Of a stretch of DNA of 64,000 nucleotides, positions 58,325 to 64,000 are shown piece by piece. Each line of letters begins with the position of its first letter. Position 1 is the first letter of the stretch. The position numbers and the translations under genes were made by a program. The notes under the pieces were generated by a model that saw only the letters and a list, made by a program, of their open reading frames with translations, did no database searches and was not told where the DNA came from. Source of the stretch: Roseobacter sp. (lineage in GTDB: Bacteria; Pseudomonadota; Alphaproteobacteria; Rhodobacterales; Rhodobacteraceae); NCBI RefSeq assembly GCF_045106495.1, contig NZ_JBGCEQ010000031.1:54727-118726 (forward strand), given 5' to 3'.

Positions 58325-59857
58325 ATGAAACTGCGTTTGGTTCTTGCAGATCAACTCAACAAAAGTATTACATCGCTCCGTGATCTTGAGGTACACGACG
58401 TAATCTTGATGGCTGAGGTGCGTTCCGAAGCGACCTATGTGAAGCATCATAAAAAGAAGATCGCTTTTCTTTTTTCTGCCATGCGCCACTTTGCCCAAGA
58501 CTTGATCTCCGAAGGGGCGAACGTCGAGTATGTGTTCTATGACACACCCGACAATTCTGGATCATTGTTTGGTGAGGTGCAGCGGGTGGTAGAGTCGCAT
58601 AAGATCGACAAAGTTGTTGTCACTTCGCCCGGGGAACATCGACTGCTATCAGAGATGCAAGGCTGGTCCAAACAGTTGGATATTCCCGTCGAGATACTGA
58701 ACGATGACCGTTTTCTTTCCAGCGTAAATGAGTTTGCCGATTGGGCCAAAGGGCGCAAACAGCTTAGAATGGAATTTTTCTATCGCGAAATGCGGCGCAA
58801 GTACTCGGTTTTGATGGAACCCGAAGGTCCAACCGGAGGAGAATGGAATTACGACGCCAAAAACCGAAAGCCACCGAAGGAAGGCTTAACCATACCGCCG
58901 CCGTTTTGCGCCGAACCGGATATAGTCACACGTGACGTAATGGCCTTGGTCGACCGAGAGTTCGCTGATCACTTTGGTGATCTGGAACCGTTTCACTATG
59001 GGGTCACTCGGGGCGATGCACTGGCTGCCTTGGATATGTTCATCGAGACGCGCCTTGCCTGTTTTGGAGATTATCAGGATGCGATGATCCAAGGCGAAGC
59101 TTGGATGTATCACAGTCACATCGCTCTCTACCTGAATTGTGGGCTGCTGGAGCCACTGGAGTGCGTCCAAAAAGCAGAGGCAGCCTACCGACAGGGCGAC
59201 GTGCCCCTAAATTCTGCGGAGGGCTTCATACGCCAAATAATTGGCTGGCGGGAATTTGTACGCGGAATTTACTGGCTCAAGATGCCGTCATATAAAGACT
59301 CAAATTATCTTGAGGCTCATCGCGCCCTGCCAGAGTTCTATTGGACTGCCGAAACCAACATGAATTGTCTTCGACAGTCCATTTTGGAGACGAAGCAAAA
59401 CGCTTATGCCCACCATATCCAACGTCTGATGGTTCTGGGTAATTTTGCGCTGTTGGCTGGTCTCAGACCGGATCAGGTTAATGAATGGTATCTATTGGTG
59501 TACGCCGATGCGTATGAGTGGGTTGAGCTGCCCAACGTAAGCGGCATGGTTTTGTTTGCGGATGGTGGGTTGTTGGCGTCAAAACCCTATGCTGCTAGCG
59601 GTTCGTACATCAAGAAAATGTCCAACTACTGCGACAACTGCGCTTACAAGGTGGCTGCCAAGAATGGTTCCAAGGCCTGCCCCTTTAACTATCTCTACTG
59701 GGATTTCGTCGATCGCAACTCAGAAAAATTGCGAGGCAACCCGCGTATGGGTTTTGTGTTTGGAACGCTTGATCGGATGAGCCAAGACAAGCGGCTAGCT
59801 ATCAAGGATGACACCAGTCGGTTCTTCAGCGCTTTGAAAAGTGGGGACACAGTTTAG
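58325..59857 (+). CDS. FeS-cluster bacterial cryptochrome/photolyase (CryB / PhrB (6-4) photolyase-like)
   Basis: 510 aa from ATG 58325. The Cys pattern C…C-x2-C-x12-C (…NMNC…, …YCDNCAYKVAAKNGSKAC…) matches the [4Fe-4S] ligands of this family. Confidence 0.85.
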   Translation: MKLRLVLADQLNKSITSLRDLEVHDVILMAEVRSEATYVKHHKKKIAFLFSAMRHFAQDLISEGANVEYVFYDTPDNSGSLFGEVQRVVESHKIDKVVVTSPGEHRLLSEMQGWSKQLDIPVEILNDDRFLSSVNEFADWAKGRKQLRMEFFYREMRRKYSVLMEPEGPTGGEWNYDAKNRKPPKEGLTIPPPFCAEPDIVTRDVMALVDREFADHFGDLEPFHYGVTRGDALAALDMFIETRLACFGDYQDAMIQGEAWMYHSHIALYLNCGLLEPLECVQKAEAAYRQGDVPLNSAEGFIRQIIGWREFVRGIYWLKMPSYKDSNYLEAHRALPEFYWTAETNMNCLRQSILETKQNAYAHHIQRLMVLGNFALLAGLRPDQVNEWYLLVYADAYEWVELPNVSGMVLFADGGLLASKPYAASGSYIKKMSNYCDNCAYKVAAKNGSKACPFNYLYWDFVDRNSEKLRGNPRMGFVFGTLDRMSQDKRLAIKDDTSRFFSALKSGDTV

Positions 59858-60071
59858 GATCTCCATTTTCTCGGCGTTTCGTATGGATCGCTTATGCTTA
59901 CCAGGACTTGTTATGTCGCTATTGGATTGCCGAGTTGGTGCGCAATTAGTGCAAAATTGAAAAGTTGTTTGTTGGCTTAGGCCCGCCCGCAGTCCAACAA
60001 AGTAGATACCTGCAGGTGAATGTTCGATTTTGCTATCAAGTCAAATTTGAGACTACATTTCCAACTACTTG

Positions 60072-61052
60072 CTATTGGTCACCGGCGGATAAAAGGCTTT
60101 GCAGAGTAAGGGACCTTTGCGGCCCGGCAAAACCCGGTTTTTTGTAAGTCACGCCTTCATGGCGAGCAAAATCAGCGAATGCGTTTGCCTCGTGCAACTG
60201 GTTGATTTGGGAATCAATAGCCGCCGCCAAAACCGAATTTCTTTCGAGCAGTGCGATACCGATATCCATGCCAATAGGATGACGCCAGTTGGCAAGCTCG
60301 AGAGTGCTGATTTGGTTGTGTTTTTTGTGGCTGTCATATGCGGCTACGTCGACGATTGCCACGTCGGCTATGCCGGTTTCGAGGTTCCACAGAAACCGGG
60401 GACCGGGGTTAAAGGTTTGCGCGACGGCTGCGATGTCGGGGGCATTGACCAGCAGGATAGCTCCAGACATTGTATTTTGCTGGTACGCCACTTTGCGCCC
60501 CATCAGGCTGTTCAGCCCTTTTGGCTCCTGTGTGTCTGTGGTGTACACCAGTCCAATTTCGGCCCTCATGTATGGTTGCGTTACGGTAATCGGTTCCAGC
60601 TGGACGTGGGGCAGGTGAGCGGCAACGGAACGCTGCGTCTCGGCGTCGATGGTTTCGGGCATGCCTAGCCATCGGGGCAACGGACCTGTTTCGGCAATTG
60701 ATGCGCCAATGGCTGGCACATATAGCGGGTGAGAGGGGGCCATGTCGCACAGCCCATAAGCGAGCAGAGCATATATCTCCTGAACCGGGTCGTTTTCTTC
60801 GCCCAATTCGTTTTCAAACCAGACGGTTTTCAATGGTAGATTCAATCCCTCTGCGATCGCTTCGCTGACCTTGAAGTCCATCCCGGTACCACCATCCGAA
60901 CGCAAACCGGAAATGGCACCGGCATTGCGTGCAAGGCAAGCAGTCAGATGACCAGGATTGACGAGGCTCTCAGGATCAATCGTTTGGCTCAGTTTTTTTT
61001 TGAGCCTTCGGGAAAAGGTTCTGAGCCGCCACGCGTGGCGACATAAACCCAA
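60072..61052 (-). CDS. quinoprotein-dehydrogenase-associated periplasmic binding protein (MoxJ/XoxJ-like, SBP family 3); start unresolved
   Basis: Family-3 SBP look after …GHLTACLARNAG…. The only in-frame start (TTG 61052) overlaps the cytochrome gene by 64 nt and gives no signal peptide. See the A9-tract finding. Confidence 0.65.
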   Translation of the reverse strand: MGLCRHAWRLRTFSRRLKKKLSQTIDPESLVNPGHLTACLARNAGAISGLRSDGGTGMDFKVSEAIAEGLNLPLKTVWFENELGEENDPVQEIYALLAYGLCDMAPSHPLYVPAIGASIAETGPLPRWLGMPETIDAETQRSVAAHLPHVQLEPITVTQPYMRAEIGLVYTTDTQEPKGLNSLMGRKVAYQQNTMSGAILLVNAPDIAAVAQTFNPGPRFLWNLETGIADVAIVDVAAYDSHKKHNQISTLELANWRHPIGMDIGIALLERNSVLAAAIDSQINQLHEANAFADFARHEGVTYKKPGFAGPQRSLTLQSLLSAGDQ

Positions 61053-61339
61053 AGGGCGTCCATTTCTTCGGGGTAAATAACATCACCCCAAGCGGGCATT
61101 GCCCCCCGGCCAGACTGAACGCTGCTATAGAAGCGCTCTTTTTCATCCACAGGGAAGCGTCGCAGGTCGTAGGATGAGGTCCCGGGGTTCACCATATCCT
61201 TGCCATGGCATTTGGAACAAAAGAACTCGTATGCCTCCAGGCCCGCTTCAAATTGCGGATGGGGGTCCTCGCCAAAAGCCGGCCCTAAAGAAAGGGCCAG
61301 CGCAAAAAGGGAGATCAAGGTGCGCATACTTTTCCTCAC
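60989..61339 (-). CDS. periplasmic mono-haem c-type cytochrome (PedF/XoxG-like electron acceptor)
   Basis: Signal peptide, haem motif CSKCH and Met ligand region …GAMPAWG…. The start overlaps the PQQ-dehydrogenase stop by 4 nt. Confidence 0.85.
   Translation of the reverse strand: MRKSMRTLISLFALALSLGPAFGEDPHPQFEAGLEAYEFFCSKCHGKDMVNPGTSSYDLRRFPVDEKERFYSSVQSGRGAMPAWGDVIYPEEMDALWVYVATRGGSEPFPEGSKKN
60993..61001 (-). repeat. A9 homopolymer (T9 on the + strand) at the cytochrome c / binding-protein junction
   Basis: Minus strand reads GGC TCA AAA AAA AAC TGA. This contains the slippery heptamer A_AAA_AAA immediately before the cytochrome stop. It is flanked by the inverted repeat GGCTC…GAGCC. 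Confidence 0.9.
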
Positions 61340-62991
61340 TGCGGCAGTGCGAAGGTCCAGACAGACCCACCTGCAGGTGTATCGGCAAGACGCTCATCAC
61401 CTGAAAAGAGAGGATAGACACCGCCGGACCCATTGAGGATCGAGACATACTGCATACCGTTCATTTCCCAGGTTACGGGCTGTCCAATGATGCCGGACCC
61501 TGTGTTGAAGGACCACAGTGGAGCACCACTTTCCGCGTCAAAGGCTTCGAACTCGCCAGTTTGCGCGCCCGTGAACACAACACCGCCACCTGTTGAAAGC
61601 ACACCGGCAGTGCGCGGGATATCGCTGGGCGCTGTCCATTTGGCCTTACCCGTCATTGGATCAATGGCGCGCAGATCACCACGCGGACCATCCGGCCATT
61701 CCCAGGTGAACTCCGCCCCGAAATAGAAGACACCTGCGCGATACTTTGGTTCAACCGCCTTATAGTTCATACCCACGTTGAAAGTATTCACGAACACTGT
61801 GTTCAGGTCTGGATGGTAAGACACCGGAGACCAGTTTTTACCCCCAAAAGCAGAAGGCCAAAATTGCGTGGGTTCGCCCGAGATGGCTTTTTGATAAACA
61901 TCAGTATGAACAGGACGACCGGTTGCAAGATCGATCTTTTCAGCCCAGTTCAATTTGTCCACAAAAGGGTTGGCCGCGATCAGTTCACCATTGGTGCGAT
62001 CGATCACGTAGTAAAACCCGTTTCGGTTGGCCTGCATCATGACTTTGCGACCATCCAATTCAGCCAAGACCAATTCATTGGTGCCGTCATGATCGAATGG
62101 ATCATTGGGCGAGAATTGATAGTGCCACTGGATTTCGCCATTTTTCGGGTTCATGGCGACCACTGAAGAGGTGTAAAGGTTGTCACCGGGACGCAATTGC
62201 GCATTCCATGATGCGGCGTTGCCGACACCCCAGTAAACCAGATTGAGGTCCGGATCATAAGATCCGGTAAGCCAAGCGGGGCCACCGCCGCGTTCCCAGG
62301 CATCACCTTCTGGCCAGGTTTCGCTGCCCGGCTGTCCTGGTTCCGGGATGGTATAGGTACGCCAAAGCCGCTCGCCGGTTTTCGGATCATAGCCTTCGAT
62401 ATAGCCGCGGATTCCATACTCACCGCCCGAGATGCCGACTATCAAAACACCGTCCGCCACTAAGGGTGTAACGGTAAAAGAGTAACCCTGTTTGTAATCA
62501 ATGGATTTCGTGCGCCACAATTCTTTACCAGTGGCAGCATCAATGGCAATGATATGGGCATCCAGCGTGGTGCGAAACAATACTCCATCCAGCATCGCAA
62601 CACCTCGATTAACAATGCCGCAGCACGCGACGCGCGGTGCTTCTGCCGGATAATCAACGGATGATTTCCATAATTGTTTTCCCGTGGCTGCATCCAGGGC
62701 AAATGTTGAGGAATGCGTTGTCGCGTACATGACGCCATCCTTGATCAGGGGAAAACTTTCCTGACCGCGTGTGTCACCAAGGCTGTATGCCCAAACTGGG
62801 GTTAAGTCCGACACATTTTCAGTGGTGATCTGATCCAGTGCGCTAAACCGTTTCTGATCATATCCCATTCCGTAAACAAGCACATCGCCTGGCGTGGATG
62901 CATCTGCGGCAAGGTCGTCTTCGGATTGCGCGGATGCAAACGTCGCCATACCGATCGCCGTGACAACGGCGGCTGTGAATAGTGACTTCAT
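61336..62991 (-). CDS. PQQ-dependent dehydrogenase, methanol/ethanol family
   Basis: Signal peptide, vicinal disulfide …VACCGIVNRG…, W-rich propeller repeats and an active-site segment …NDPFDHDGTNE…. The RBS GGAGGAAAG is upstream. Confidence 0.9.
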   Translation of the reverse strand: MKSLFTAAVVTAIGMATFASAQSEDDLAADASTPGDVLVYGMGYDQKRFSALDQITTENVSDLTPVWAYSLGDTRGQESFPLIKDGVMYATTHSSTFALDAATGKQLWKSSVDYPAEAPRVACCGIVNRGVAMLDGVLFRTTLDAHIIAIDAATGKELWRTKSIDYKQGYSFTVTPLVADGVLIVGISGGEYGIRGYIEGYDPKTGERLWRTYTIPEPGQPGSETWPEGDAWERGGGPAWLTGSYDPDLNLVYWGVGNAASWNAQLRPGDNLYTSSVVAMNPKNGEIQWHYQFSPNDPFDHDGTNELVLAELDGRKVMMQANRNGFYYVIDRTNGELIAANPFVDKLNWAEKIDLATGRPVHTDVYQKAISGEPTQFWPSAFGGKNWSPVSYHPDLNTVFVNTFNVGMNYKAVEPKYRAGVFYFGAEFTWEWPDGPRGDLRAIDPMTGKAKWTAPSDIPRTAGVLSTGGGVVFTGAQTGEFEAFDAESGAPLWSFNTGSGIIGQPVTWEMNGMQYVSILNGSGGVYPLFSGDERLADTPAGGSVWTFALPQ

Positions 62992-63033
62992 TGTCTTTCC
63001 TCCCTGAAAGATATTCCGTTCGGTCTTTGTATG

Positions 63034-64000
63034 CTATGCGGCCGTCGTTTTTTGCCTCAATTCTTCCTCTGTTTGTTGCCGCATAATAAACTTTTGTGGC
63101 TTGCCGGTGACCGTCATTGGCAAGCTGGCCTTCATCATGATGTGTTTGGGTATTTTGTAGTGAGCAATTTGTTCGACACAGTATGCTTTCACTGCCTCCG
63201 GCATCAATTCGGGTTCTGACGGCACAATCCACGCGCAGACAACCTCGCCTAGCGTTTCATCCGGGATGCCAAAAACCTGTACCTGTGCGATGCCGGGATG
63301 GGTAAAGAGGAAATCCTCAATTTCGCGAGGATAAACGTTCTCTCCACCTCGAATGATCATATCTTTGACGCGACCTGTGATATCGCAATATCCCCCGGCG
63401 TCGATGATCGCCAGATCGCCAGTGTTCATCCAGCCGTCTCGAATTGCCTCCGCTGTTCGCTCGGCGTCGCCCCAATAGCCTTGCATGACAGAATAGCCGC
63501 GGGTCAACAATTCGCCTTGCTGACCTATAGGCAAGGTCGCGCCATCTGCACCGACAACCTTGCATTCCACATGAGGGTGAATGCGACCTACTGTACTGAC
63601 GCGCTTGTCCAGAGGATCGTCCACATCCGATTGGAACGAGACTGGCGATGTTTCGGTCATTCCATATGCGATGGTGACTTCGGTCATGTTCATCTTGGCC
63701 TGCACTTTTTTCATGACTTCAATAGGGCATGACGCACCGGCCATGATGCCGGTGCGCAGATGGCTCAGATCGAAGGTTTCAAAATCAGGCAGCCCAAACT
63801 CAGCTACAAACATTGTGGGAACACCATACAGTGCCGTACAGCATTCATCAGCCACGGCATGCAAGGTCTCAGATGGGTCGAAACCTTCGCCGGGCACAAT
63901 CATGGTGGCGCCTTTGGTGATACAGCCCAATGTTCCCATGACCATGCCAAAGCAATGATAAAATGGGACAGGTATGCACAAGCGGTCGTTCTCGGAGAAA
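63034..64000 (-). CDS. AMP-forming acyl-CoA synthetase; N-terminus lies outside the window
   Basis: …YGMTETSP…, …TGDLAIIDAGGYCDITGRVKDMIIRGGENVYPREIE…. The frame stays open to the window edge, and the track start is only an internal TTG. Confidence 0.85.
   Translation of the reverse strand, partial: FSENDRLCIPVPFYHCFGMVMGTLGCITKGATMIVPGEGFDPSETLHAVADECCTALYGVPTMFVAEFGLPDFETFDLSHLRTGIMAGASCPIEVMKKVQAKMNMTEVTIAYGMTETSPVSFQSDVDDPLDKRVSTVGRIHPHVECKVVGADGATLPIGQQGELLTRGYSVMQGYWGDAERTAEAIRDGWMNTGDLAIIDAGGYCDITGRVKDMIIRGGENVYPREIEDFLFTHPGIAQVQVFGIPDETLGEVVCAWIVPSEPELMPEAVKAYCVEQIAHYKIPKHIMMKASLPMTVTGKPQKFIMRQQTEEELRQKTTAA

Overview
This is a densely coding 64-kb stretch that looks like a marine Rhodobacterales (roseobacter-type) alphaproteobacterial replicon. 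I judge that only from gene content: many TRAP/TAXI transporters, paa plus box aromatic-CoA pathways, and a SELENBP1-like SBP56 protein. I call about 57 CDS. I found no rRNA, tRNA, CRISPR array or intact mobile element.

Blocks in order:
1. 0-4.8 kb: TRAP receptor, glutamine-synthetase-like ligase, aldehyde DH and Fe-alcohol DH.
2. 4.8-6.1 kb: TauE plus rhodanese.
3. 6.1-12.5 kb: LacI-regulated sugar-type ABC importer that ends in a cytochrome-b561-like membrane protein.
4. 12.4-15.2 kb: GlcG, a DNase-I-fold (EEP) protein with a repeat insertion, and an orphan receiver in an AT-richer islet.
5. 15.4-25.1 kb: redox/sulfur block with YqjG, OxyR-KatG, DUF983 and an apparent operon SBP56(MtoX-like)-ferredoxin-CoA-binding-OsmC-DsbA/kappa-GST. 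An IclR regulator and a rhodanese sit divergently.
6. 25.4-36.5 kb: phenylacetate (paa) genes with both PaaX and a TetR regulator, plus an extra ORF between paaD and paaE.
7. 36.7-39.9 kb: DctPQM TRAP transporter.
8. 40.5-47.9 kb: hydrolase-DUF309-boxC-boxB-(micro-ORF)-boxA-boxR.
9. 48.6-50.5 kb: GGDEF-EAL protein.
10. 51-58 kb: aminotransferase, RpiR, TAXI-TRAP and USP.
11. 58.3-59.9 kb: FeS-type cryptochrome/photolyase.
12. 60-64 kb: acyl-CoA synthetase, PQQ dehydrogenase, cytochrome c and a MoxJ-like binding protein.

Most worth a second look:
- The leaderless SBP56-ferredoxin-CoA-binding-OsmC-DsbA module.
- An A9 slippery run that would fuse the cytochrome c to a signal-peptide-less binding protein in the -1 frame.
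- Shared TGCA-type boxes that link the TRAP transporter to the box genes.
- Twin GACCG-NN-CGGTC palindromes in front of the paa operons.
- A CxxCxxCxxxC micro-ORF between boxB and boxA.
- The unassigned ORF inside paaABCDE.

All calls come from reading translations and motifs. No database search or computation was possible, so family names are recognitions, not hits.
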